DNA of 63,857 bases, filler included, from Octopus bimaculoides (lineage: Eukaryota): assembly GCF_001194135.2 (NCBI RefSeq). It is 7 parts of 7 records of this genome, joined end to end, with 100 filler letters (N's around TTAATTAATTAA, not from the genome) between each part and the next. Parts side by side here need not be neighbours in the genome. Positions count along the whole stretch, not along the records: positions 22,325 to 32,388 come from NC_068997.1; positions 32,489 to 43,444 come from NC_068988.1; 5 more parts are not named here. The stretch is one strand, 5' to 3'. Both the position numbers and the translations under genes were made by a program. Every line of letters begins with the position of its first letter. Positions within the stretch are counted from its first letter, which is position 1. Shown one piece after another: positions 25,665-36,369 of the stretch. Under the pieces are notes generated by a model. The model saw only the letters and a list, made by a program, of their open reading frames with translations. It was not told the DNA's origin and ran no database searches.

Positions 25665-26505
25665 TCTACCAGTGTCTTACTCTCTTGCGTTATTCCAATG
25701 TCTTACTCTCCTACGTTGTACCAATGTCTTACACTCTTTTGTTATACCAGTGCCTTACTCTTCTGCGTTATATCAATGTCTTACTCCCCTACTTTATGCC
25801 AGTATCTCCCTCTCGTATGTCATACGAATATCTTACACTCCTACATAATACCAATATCTTAATCTCCTACGTTATATCAGTGTCTCACTCGCCTATGTTA
25901 TACCAATGTCTTACTATCCTACATTATACCGATGTCTCCCTCTCCTACGTTATACCAGTGTCTCCCTCTCCTACGTTATACCAGTGTTTTACTCTCCTAC
26001 GTTATACCAGTATCTTACTCTCCTGCGTTATACCAATGTATTACTATCCTACATTATACCAGTGTCTTACACCAATGTATTACTATCCTACATTATACTA
26101 CTGTCTCCCTCTCCGACTTTATACCACAGCTTTACTCTCCTACATCATTCCAACGTCTTACTCACCTTATACTAGTATTTCACACCCCTGCGTTATGTCA
26201 GTGCCTTACTCATTTACCTTAAATCACTGTTTTACCTTATCCGGTATCATATTCTTCTACATTATATCCATATCTTATTCTCTTACCTTAGACCGCTGTC
26301 TTTCTTTCGTAATAGCAGTGTCTTACTTTCGTACCCTATATCAGTGTCTTGCCTACCTTATACCAATGCCTAACTATTTTATCCTACACAATATCATTCT
26401 ACCGTACCTTATATCAATATCTTACTTTTGTATATAAGTGTCTTACTTTCTTACCTTAAATCAGTCTCTTACTCGCATATTTTACACAACTGTACCAGTG
26501 TCCTA
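25665..26505. repeat. Degenerate 26-bp minisatellite, roughly 30 units, consensus TTATACCAGTGTCTTACTCTCCTACG
   Basis: Units are directly readable and abut without unique spacers; best conserved at about 25900-26070; the source of the 281-aa pseudo-ORF. Confidence 0.9.
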
Positions 26506-27089
26506 ATTTGCATCATCATGGGTTTAAGTCGTAACTGATATCGCTAGAGTAGATGTCTTTATTATGTAAATTTATTCATCTTTTTTTAATCTTTTATTTG
26601 TTTCGGCATACTTGTAAATACTCACGTTTACTGAGATTAGGCAACATTATCTTAGGTTACTGCTTGTATTCTGATTCATCGTTGTACCTAGTGAATAATA
26701 GTTTCCTAGTTGCATATCTTATATCGCTTCTAAACAGCCTGTATGTTCTAATTTTACAGAGCAATGGTCATAACATGTTTCTGTCAAAATATATTGAAAT
26801 CCTGTTGAGTTTCAAGGAAATTTTTTCATTGAGGTATGAGATCCGGAACTGAATTAAAAAAACTTTTGCTTAATCTGAGACAACGAAATATAAAGGAGAT
26901 ATAACTAGGTATCCCGTTACAGTGGTTGTGGAATACTCCCAACCATGATTCACCCGCAAGTTTGTCTATTAGTGATTTTACCTTATTGTTTGAATTTTTT
27001 GAAAACTAAAACAGAGAATGCAAACTGTTGCGTGATAAATTGGATTTTGATGCCTACATTAAATAGATTCGAACAAACAAAATTAAAGA

Positions 27090-27640
27090 CATAAATTTGG
27101 GCCAAGTAGTTGAACAATTAAATTGACTCTACTACCTTAATGTACGGATCCCTGAAGGGATGAAAAGTGAAAGAAGCGTCGGCAGAATATAAACACAGAA
27201 CGTAAGGAATTTGAATAAAACTGCAATGCATTTTCCCGACGCTCTAACGATTTTGGCAGGCCATCGCTCTCGTTGTTTCTAATTTAAACAAAAGTCAGCA
27301 GTTTTAAGAGGAAAGGTTTTCTCTATACTATCGACTCCGGGAGGACGAAAGTCAAAGTTAACGTAGATGGAATTTGAGTTCAGAACGTAGAGAGCCGCAA
27401 TTAAATATCACAAGGCATTTTCTCCAAGGTTCTAAATCATACACAAAGCATGAAATATGGGTGAGGGGTGTTACTCCATTATATCGAAACCAGTTCTTTA
27501 TTGATACTTTATTTTATCGAGCCCATAGCAATGAAATGCGAATTTCATCTTGGCTGGATTTGAACTTAAAATTTAAAAAAGATGGAACAAATACCGCCGA
27601 CTATTTTACTGGAACGCTGTAACGATTTTGTGAAATGGTC
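27090..27640 (-). mobile_element. Three tandem degenerate family B SINEs
   Basis: Repeated gggatgaaaagtgaaa / ggaggacgaaagtcaaag cores and gaact...aacg segments on the minus strand. Confidence 0.55.
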
Positions 27641-28051
27641 GTGTAGAATGTTTTTTTTTCTTTTTCTAACGGGGAAAATCTTCGATTTTTCCTGTTTGTT
27701 GTTGTTCTTTTTATTAGACGTCTGGCTTCCTTTTATTTCTGCCAACTTCAGCACCCGAAACTTAAGAATGCTTTCGCTGCAGTCAGATCGATAATTGCAC
27801 ATAGACAAAGAAAGTGAAAACAACAATTCTTTCATTTGATGCACTGTAGCGTCTAGGTTACCAATATTATACAGGTAAAGATGGAAAAAGCGAGTCACGT
27901 TCGATTGCCGGTAGTAACAGAGAGAATGAGTACTTACTGTACTTCGGAATCACAGCTTACTTTGGTCCAGTTTTGTTTTACGAAAAGAAACTCGTCGGTT
28001 GTTGAAGGTAATATTTGAATGACGAAAACTTGATCCAGCTTTGGAGTTGAT

Positions 28052-28644
28052 GGATCTTTTTTAAAACGGGGGCCACATTTTTCATTAACGAAACACTTTG
28101 AAACTTGGAACACTGGTAGAATTTGTCATATAAAACATCTTTTTCTCTTAGTCTTCTTAAAAAAAAAAAAGAAATCCATAAATTATTCCATGTTAAAGTT
28201 GTCGTATTTCTGTAATTTCAACCAATCACTGACGTCCATTCAGCCGATATACATTAAGTGCCGACTACATAAACAAACGATTCTGAAACAATTAACCCTA
28301 ACCCTAACCCTAACCCTAACCCTAGGGTTAGGGTTAGGGTTAGGGTTAGGGTTAAAGCAAATTTAAAATGAAAAAGCAAATAAAACGAAGGTATGGAGAT
28401 TAAATACGCTTTACATCGCTTAATCAGCCAAAGGAGTAAATATAAACAACTGAATACTTGTCAGTGATTGGTTGAAATTATCGAAATAAGACAATTTTTT
28501 ACATGAAATAAATTCGAATACAAAAATATTTTTCTGTTCTATAACACAAAATAGATAAGTATACGAAGTTTGAAAGTCTTTCGGTACCAAAAACACTACG
28601 TAAAACATTAATGAAAAATGTGGCCCCCGTTTTAAAAAAGATCC
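28052..28644. mobile_element. 593-bp non-autonomous fold-back DNA transposon (perfect 37-bp TIRs, 8-bp TSD) with a central telomeric palindrome
   Basis: TIR ggatcttttttaaaacgggggccacatttttcattaa at 28052-28088 and inverted at 28608-28644; TSD gagttgat at 28044-28051 and 28645-28652; perfect 21-bp inner inverted repeat at 28213-28233 / 28460-28480. Confidence 0.95.
28292..28355. repeat. Interstitial telomeric repeat, perfect 64-bp palindrome tt(AACCCT)5(AGGGTT)5aa
   Basis: Read directly; symmetry centre between 28323 and 28324. Confidence 0.97.
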
Positions 28645-29454
28645 GAGTTGATTTAACAGGACCACTGACATTTGGAATAGGCAAGCATTTTCGGAGAAGT
28701 ATAAGAAAAAAGATGACATGCATATTCATTATTTAACCGTTACGGCAGATTCGGACATATTTTGTTATATTTTGTCACAGGAGAAAAACTTTATAACACT
28801 CGATTCATTAAGGCAACGGATTTTGGGATGGCTGAAGTGATAAACAAAGCATCGGCTCTTTATAAATTCATTAGCTCAGGATGTTCAGAATCCCTTGTGC
28901 TAATGAATCGAGTGTGTTGTGAACACACATTCATTGTAAAGAAGCTATTCTCCTGTGACCAAAAAGAAAAAAAGAAAAAAAAACAGTGCTTAGTATATTC
29001 AGGTTCGAATCTGCCGAAACGTTTTTGATTCTCGCTGTTCACCGTGCGTATGGCGATCAAAGAAGATGAGACACTCTAGAAAAGAAAATATAGTTGTGAA
29101 GGTCTAAAATAGATTTCTTTGCACTCTAGGTCTATCATTTATAATGTTATGAAACCTGTAAAGAAATTATCTTCATAAATATAGGTTACACAATTCTAAA
29201 TTGTGGCAACACACTGGATGACATAATCGATACAAGCTGAATTGAAATATTTAATCGAATTCGATGACATTTGCTTTTACTGGCATCAGTCAATGAATTG
29301 AAGGTCATGCTAGGGCAACGCCTGTAAAAGTTTATAGTTGATCATATCCACGTCAATACTTGTGCCTATTTGATATTTCTCTAATTGATCTCTAATTATC
29401 GAGTGGCGAAGATACCTTTTGAGTTAAATGAATGCACTTCGACACACCGTTATG

Positions 29455-29695
29455 TGCATATGGCGTAGTGGTTTAGAGCGCCGGCTACTAACCCCAAGAT
29501 TCCGAGTTCGATTCCAAACAGTGACATGGATGATAATAATAATAATAACAACAACATCGAAAAATACCTTAGGAATGAGAAGTCAGGTTCGAAATTTCTC
29601 CCAAGACACCTGATGAAGGCTGGAGAGTATATCAGCCGAAAGGTTGTGCCAACAACAAATAAGATGAGGACAAATATCCGTCTAATGTAAATATA
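29455..29695 (+). mobile_element. tRNA-headed SINE (family F) containing a hammerhead-like motif
   Basis: A box tggcgtagtgg 29461-29471; B box gttcgattcc about 29506-29515; (AAT)n linker; then a CTGATGA-stem-GAAA module. Confidence 0.75.
29605..29650 (+). ncRNA. Minimal type I hammerhead ribozyme-like motif (decayed copy)
   Basis: gacac-CTGATGA-a-ggctg(gagagtatat)cagcc-GAAA-gg-TT-gtgcc: stem II is perfect, stem I is 4/5, and stem III has gg where cg is expected. Confidence 0.65.
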
Positions 29696-29884
29696 TGTCC
29701 GGCATTCGCTATGATAGATTGTTAGCCACTACACTTTCTTTATTTTCTCTCCTTGTTTCTTTCTGTGTTCTTTTCTGTGGAAGAGCGTAGGCTCGAAACG
29801 TTAAAGACTTTTCACTTCCCGAGCATTAAACTAATACATCTGTTTGTTGTCTACACCACCTGTCTTCGTCTTTTGTTTTTTTTT
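29696..29884 (+). mobile_element. Penelope-type terminal repeat (family G), copy 1
   Basis: Homologous to 62215-62351 and 63167-63378; contains a hammerhead-like fold at 29771-29806; runs into a gap followed by (TA)n. Confidence 0.75.
29771..29806 (+). ncRNA. Minimal hammerhead-like motif with non-canonical CUGUGGA core
   Basis: tttt-CTGTGGA-a-gagc(gtag)gctc-GAAA-cg-TT-aaag. Confidence 0.55.
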
Positions 29885-30314
29885 NNNNNNNNNNNNNNNN
29901 NNNNNNNNNNNNNNNNNNNNNNNNNNNNNNNNNNNNNNNNNNNNNNNNNNNNNNNNNNNNNNNNNNNNNNNNNNNNNNNNNNNNNNNNNNNNNATATATA
30001 TATATATATATATATAATCCAATACAGTGCAATAAATACAATTACAGTGTAATAAATATTCTAGGAATTAATTTGCGTGTACATACACAATGGACTACTC
30101 TGGTAGTTGAGAGAACTATAAATAGAATAGTAAACAGCAGAATAGCTTGAAATTCTTATGTGTTGCATAATTTATTGTTTTGAACAGCTGTTTCCGTAGA
30201 GTAAAACATCATTACTAATTTAATTACGTAATTAACATAATATCACATTTAAATGTGATGAATGATCAATTTCTGAATCAAGAATACTGCACAAATATAT
30301 ACGCAATATACATA

Positions 30315-30600
30315 CATAAGCGCAGGAAGCCTGGTCAGTTAAAAGGCTCGGTCTGCGTCCACATAGTTTCAGGTCCTGTCCCACTTCGCGGCGCATTTGG
30401 GCAAGTGTGTTTTACCATAGCACCGGGTAGGCCAATGCCTTGAGAGTGGATGGAAACTGAGTGGAAGCTAGTTGCATACATGAATATATGTGTGTATGTG
30501 TGTGTGTCTTTGTTTTTCTCCATCACCATTGATTGACAACCAGTGTTGGTTTGTTTGCGCCGACGTTACTTAATGGTTCAGAATTACAGGTATATTAAAC
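30315..30600 (+). mobile_element. Degenerate SINE family C (internal TA/TG microsatellite)
   Basis: ttgggcaagtgt, ccttgagagtggat and ttgacaacc motifs are shared with 47510-47963 and 49738-50180. Confidence 0.6.
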
Positions 30601-31865
30601 GTATAAGGGAGTACATTCAGAAACAATACCTCTAATTCAACTACCCCATATATTCAATACCGTATTTTACGATATCTTATGCTTATCCACCCGTAATGGT
30701 GAGAATAGTTCTTTTTATTGCTTTTATATATACTATGTACTTCTACCCATATGATAATCTAATTCTGTTATACATTCAGTTTAGAATATCTTTATCATGA
30801 CCTTCTAAACAATATCCTTATAATATTCTTAATTTTTTTCTTATATATTAAAATATCCCATTATTAGGTTTTAAGTTTAATTTCTATCCTTATTCTATAT
30901 ATTGATTTAAATTTTCTCAATTTAATATTATAAATTTCCTAAGTTATAAATTACTACTGCCTGTATCCGTCAATTCTAATTCCCGCCCCTAAAGTTTATA
31001 TGACTTATCTCTTTTTGTTTTTCATTATCTTCCCCTTTAATTGATAATCTAAGTATTGACCACCCCAAGTTACCACCCCTTCTCCGTCAGACATTTTCTT
31101 ACTACCAACCTAACAACGTACCTTTTTATGTAGATAAAGCTAGATATATGATTCCAGTACACTGGGAGTCAAGTAGATTGACATTAATTGATATATCACC
31201 ATTTACTAAGCAACTCTCAATGGATTTAATTCTAAATGGTTGAAGACTACATACTACATAAAGACTTCTAAATAGAAGTAACTACATCACCACTCCTGTT
31301 ATCTTGACCCCCCCCCCCCACTATCCTCTCTGCTACTCTCTGAATTATAGTAGGCTTAACAAGGTATGCATTCTCATTCTGCCACAGTTATAACAAAAGG
31401 AAACAATGTTAATATTTTGTTTGCCATTATTGATGTGTATTTATTTAAAAAATGGTTTGTACTTTATGTTTGAAGTCTATGCGTTCATCCGACGAGAACG
31501 ATTTCTTTCAAATTGATGTAAATGTTTCCATTAATCAATTAAATGGAGTCACTTGAAGTGGACGTAATGAATTGACACCTGTACATCTTTGTTACTTATT
31601 TATATTTTGTTCGCCTAAATTGGAATCTGCACTTCGGAAATACTACAGAAAGTACATTTATAAAAAAGGACATGGTTGAATTACCAAGAGTGGATATCTT
31701 CACATAGGTGGGTTGCGTTGTCTACACACACGACAAGATTATTGGGTACAAATACCCCTACACAGAGTCTTGTTATTCAATATTCAAAAAATATCGTTCG
31801 TGTGTGCAGAGTATACCGAACTAGCAAGGTGCCTCAATTTAAGTAACTAATTAAACTCAACATTA

Positions 31866-31924
<59 letters not shown>

Positions 31925-32087
31925 GCAAACAAAGGCAAACATATATATGTGTATACAGACGACGGATTTCTTTCAGTTACTGTCAACCAAATCATCTCAC
32001 AAGACATTGGTTGGCTCCAGGCTAAAGCAGAAGGGACTGAACCGGGACCCGTTTCGTGTTGAAGCAACCTACTTCACACACAGACAG

Positions 32088-32155
<68 letters not shown>

Positions 32156-32488
32156 ATCATCATGGACGGACGGTAGACACATCGGCTCCCATGTAAGTTG
32201 CATTTTTCACCTCTTAAAAGACCTATTTTGTTTTAAAATTTTGTATAAGTTGTGTATAACACAAAATACTTCGTGAACATATATTTTTCAAATCGGAAAT
32301 AGCTCTATTTAGAGCCTTATTTCCAAAAATTCAAACATATCTTCCTCGTTCCTAGCCATATTCTTTAAAACGAATATGGCTAGCCATANNNNNNNNNNNN
32401 NNNNNNNNNNNNNNNNNNNNNNNNNNNNNNNNTTAATTAATTAANNNNNNNNNNNNNNNNNNNNNNNNNNNNNNNNNNNNNNNNNNNN

Positions 32489-32531
<43 letters not shown>

Positions 32532-33008
32532 CATACATACATACATACATACATGTATTCATGTATACATATATACATATTCACAGACACACCATATACG
32601 TACACACGCGCGCGCGCATACACTCTCCCTCTGTCTGTATGTATGTCTCTCTCTCTCATACACACACACACTACGCACACAATCACATAAATAATTTCGC
32701 GAAACCATAGTATTTTATGTACTAATTAACTTCCTCGTTTCTTCCTCCACTCTCTCTGACTATATCTCTGCCCCTTTCCATTGATCTGAGTATGTCTGTG
32801 AATAGATTATATGTACTTTTGTACATACGTATATGTATGTATGTATATGCCCGTGTTTAATTGCGTTTATTCGGCGTGTATTCAGTTATGCACACGTGTC
32901 TGAATGTCTGTCCTCCCTGACCTGTCGAGCACTTAAGCATCTTCTGCCAGTTGAGAATTAGCACACACATATACAGTTATTCATGCATACACTCATACGC
33001 TCGTGCAC

Positions 33009-33085
<77 letters not shown>

Positions 33086-33158
33086 NNNNNNNNNNATATA
33101 TATATATATACATATATACATATGTGTGTGTGTATATGTAGATGTATGGGTATAAGTG

Positions 33159-33224
<66 letters not shown>

Positions 33225-34247
33225 CTCTGTCTATTTACACATACACACATTCACACTTTCACACACATGTATAGACACACAGACATGTTTACATATCTAC
33301 AGCATGGATAAATGAACACTTTTTTTTTATGCGGCATCATTAAGCTACCGTCTGAACGGGTCTATTAGTAACGGCATACAGCTCAGCTGAATATATATAT
33401 ATATATATATANNNNNNNNNNNNNNNNNNNNNNNNNNNNNNNNNNNNNNNNNNNNNNNNNNNNNNNNNNNNNNNNNNNNNNNNNNNNNNNNNNNNNNNNN
33501 NNNNNNNNNNNNNNNNNNNNNNNNNNNNNNNNNNNNNNNNNNNNNNNNNNNNNNNNNNNNNNNNNNNNNNNNNNNNNNNNNNNNNNNNNNNNNNNNNNNN
33601 NNNNNNNNNNNNNNNNNNNNNNNNNNNNNNNNNNNNNNNNNNNNNNNNNNNNNNNNNNNNNNNNNNNNNNNNNNNNNNNNNNNNNNNNNNNNNNNNNNNN
33701 NNNNNNNNNNNNNNNNNNNNNNNNNNNNNNNNNNNNNNNNNNNNNNNNNNNNNNNNNNNNNNNNNNNNNNNNNNNNNNNNNNNNNNNNNNNNNNNNNNNN
33801 NNNNNNNNNNNNNNNNNNNNNNNNNNNNNNNNNNNNNNNNNNNNNNNNNNNNNNNNNNNNNNNNNNNNNNNNNNNNNNNNNNNNNNNNNNNNNNNNNNNN
33901 NNNNNNNNNNNNNNNNNNNNNNNNNNNNNNNNNNNNNNNNNNNNNNNNNNNNNNATATATATATATATATATATATATCTCGCTTTCACGACAGTTTCTT
34001 GTTGACGTTTGCGAGCAAGCATAGAAAATAGCAAAAAAAAAAAAAATATATATATATAAGATAAAGTAATGAGTAATTTGTCTGTAGAAGCTTCTAAATT
34101 TGTAGTTTAACGAATTGTTTGAACAGAATCTTGATGTAGATAAAGTTATCGTCTGCTAAGTGGTACGCTGTGTGTGAGTGTATTATGTATTATGTATTAA
34201 GTCTGTATATGCCAACCAGTGTGTACTCACGTGTTTGCATTTGTCAG

Positions 34248-34273
34248 ATAACTCTGTTTATAAATACGACAAT
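34248..34273 (+). CDS. Candidate 26-nt microexon (xNSVYKYDN)
   Basis: tactcac..gtgtttgcatttgtcAG acceptor and GTAAGT donor; phase 1 to 0. Inference only. Confidence 0.35.
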
Positions 34274-34456
34274 GTAAGTAAATACATTTTGTTTTTTAAT
34301 TTTAATTTTAAATCAACCTAAACCTTTCTATTACAAAAATAATGAATAAATAGATAAAATAACAGAAAGGAAAACAAATTGTCACGTGTTTGTCCTTTCA
34401 CTTTTTCTAATGAAACGTGATCTGCTCTTTTCTAATACACGTACAAAATGTATTAG

Positions 34457-34558
34457 GTGGAAATTGCCAATTCTGTTCAAGTTGAAAATAAAGTAATTTC
34501 TAATTCTGGATCCAAGAACACCAATTTCGTTGGGGTTACTGTGCTGGCAATGGTTACA
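34457..34558 (+). CDS. Candidate 102-nt exon VEIANSVQVENKVISNSGSKNTNFVGVTVLAMVT
   Basis: ctaat branch-like motif, attAG acceptor, GTAGGT donor; 34 open codons, phase 0 to 0. Confidence 0.45.
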
Positions 34559-35068
34559 GTAGGTAAAATGAAATGTGTGTTCTCATTGGTGCTTATTTAT
34601 TATTTTTTTTTTGATCTTTGAAGAATGAAAGGAAAAAATAATGATTCACACAGCAGTACACTATTTAGGTGTGAATCGAATCAACTCTACTGCATGGCTG
34701 TTGCACTTGATATCGACCTTGGTGGATTGAAGCTGAATTGAAACCCCATGACATTTGAACTCACAATCAAAGGGTATGTCGATGGCGGCTTGAAAATTGT
34801 TTAGTCAGGCATTCGAGCTATTCTGCGAGATATATTGTCCTTATAACAATAAAAAAAGAAACAGAAACAATAACATGGCTTACAACTACATACATCAAGC
34901 TTTATGCCGGCTGTACCTAGAAGTGCCGACCCAGCCGTTGGCGGAAAAGATGTATTCACAGTCACCATAGTGATTGAGTTGGATAAAAATTCTCCTCTGG
35001 AGTTAGTTAAATGAATATATGTTGTACTGTTCCAAAATAAGGCTCGTTGACAGACACTCACATTTCAG

Positions 35069-35093
35069 CTCATCAATTTAGTATTGCGGAAAG
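35069..35093 (+). CDS. Candidate 25-nt microexon LINLVLRK
   Basis: actcacatttcAG acceptor and AAG|GTATGG donor; phase 0 to 1. Confidence 0.4.
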
Positions 35094-35553
35094 GTATGGC
35101 TTCAGTTTAACAATTTTTTACGGGCTCACCATTTTCGTTAATCGAAGAAGACTGTTATGGTATTCTCTTGAAATGATAAAAAATACGAAGAAAGTCGAAA
35201 AATATTTTAAGTTAAATCTTAATTTATAATGCGAAATTTTAAGATGCAAAAGCAAAATGCAAAAGATATGAAAATAAACAGATCGCATGTAATGACGGCA
35301 AAATAGGAAAGAAATTTAAATAATCGAAAGAAAAACCGGAAGTGTGAAACTGATAATATCTTTGTGTTACATGCAAAATTCAAGATTGAGACAGTGCAGT
35401 GGATGAGAAACAGGGTGTGGCTGAAAGAATCGCGACTTTCTTCCCTGGAGCGAACGTACAACAGACATGTAATAATCTATATCTGTAAAATTCTAGAATT
35501 TTATTGAAATCAAAGTACTATTTTCGTTCATAAAACAAACTAGATTTGCGAAT

Positions 35554-35942
35554 TTTTTTGTTGTTGGCACTCTGTCGCTTACGACGTCGAGGCTTCCAGT
35601 TGATCCGATCAACGGAACAGCCTGCTCCTGAAATTAACGTGTAAGTGGCTGAGCACTCTACAGACACGTGTACCCTTAACGTAGTTCTCGGGGATATTCA
35701 GCGTGACACAGTGTGACAAGGCTGACCCTTTGAATTACAGGCACAACAGAAACAGGAAGTAAGAGTGAGAGAAAGTTGTGGTGAAAGAGTACAGCAGGGT
35801 TCACCACCATCCCCTACCGGAGCCTCGTGGAACTTCAGGTGTTTTCGCTCAATAAACACTCACAACGCCCGATCTGGGAATCGAAACCGCGATCCTATGA
35901 CCGCGAGTCCGCTGCCCATTCACTGGGCCATTGCGCCTCCAC
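35554..35942 (-). mobile_element. SINE family A, full length, with a 12-bp TSD
   Basis: Reverse complement of family A; TSD agatttgcgaat at 35542-35553 and 35943-35954. Confidence 0.95.
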
Positions 35943-36352
35943 AGATTTGCGAATATGTGCCTATGAACGTTAAACATGCTTAATTCTCCTTATGTGAATA
36001 AAGTAACGCCCGTTCTGTACTTGTCGCGTATTTTTTCTTTGCCAAAATGTATCTCCTTTCAATAGTCTGTGTATGAACATTGTCATAATTGGGATCGATG
36101 AAGTACAGCGAGTGATTAATGTCTTCAGTACAAGTTCTGTCACCCAGTCCGACACATGAAATCCTTCAAACTAAAATCAAATGCATATTTAATAGGAACT
36201 ACAGTAAAATCTTATTTTTGGATGTAGCACAATAATGAACAAATATGTATTTTAGCTTTCCCTATTCCTGTGTTACTGTTGTCATCCGCTTTATTTTTTT
36301 ACCTTCATTTCTTTCGCATTTTACTGACAAATTTTTTGCATCCTAAAATAAG

Positions 36353-36369
36353 ATTTGATCATAATGTAA
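36353..36369 (+). CDS. Candidate last coding exon (D)LIIM*; exon continues to a CAG|GTAAGA donor at 36399
   Basis: tactgac branch motif about 25 nt upstream of the ataAG acceptor; phase 1; TAA at 36367-36369. Confidence 0.3.

Noticed and set aside
25592-26437. 281-aa ORF and a CRISPR-like look of the 26-bp array
   Set aside because: Units abut with no unique spacers, there are no cas genes, the context is eukaryotic, and the ORF is a by-product of a stop-poor repeat.
26760-26833. 74-nt segment with good AG/GT borders (SNGHNMFLSKYIEILLSFKEIFSL)
   Set aside because: No recognisable product and no well-supported phase-compatible partner exon.
28292-28355. Chromosome end-to-end fusion scar
   Set aside because: The repeat order is opposite to a fusion, and the tract lies inside a TSD-bounded transposon.
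28781-28860. IKATDFGMAEV resembling a kinase DFG motif after a good acceptor
   Set aside because: No downstream activation-loop GT/APE pattern and no convincing donor, and the segment is one arm of a DNA hairpin.
31483-31518. Possible decayed hammerhead (catc-cgacga-gaacg attt ctttc-aaa-tt-gatg)
   Set aside because: It needs several core repairs (missing U4 and G12, no stem III); too degenerate to call.
32352-32388. 12-bp stem-loop plus an overlapping 14-bp palindrome
   Set aside because: It sits exactly at a contig end before a gap, where fold-back read artefacts are common.
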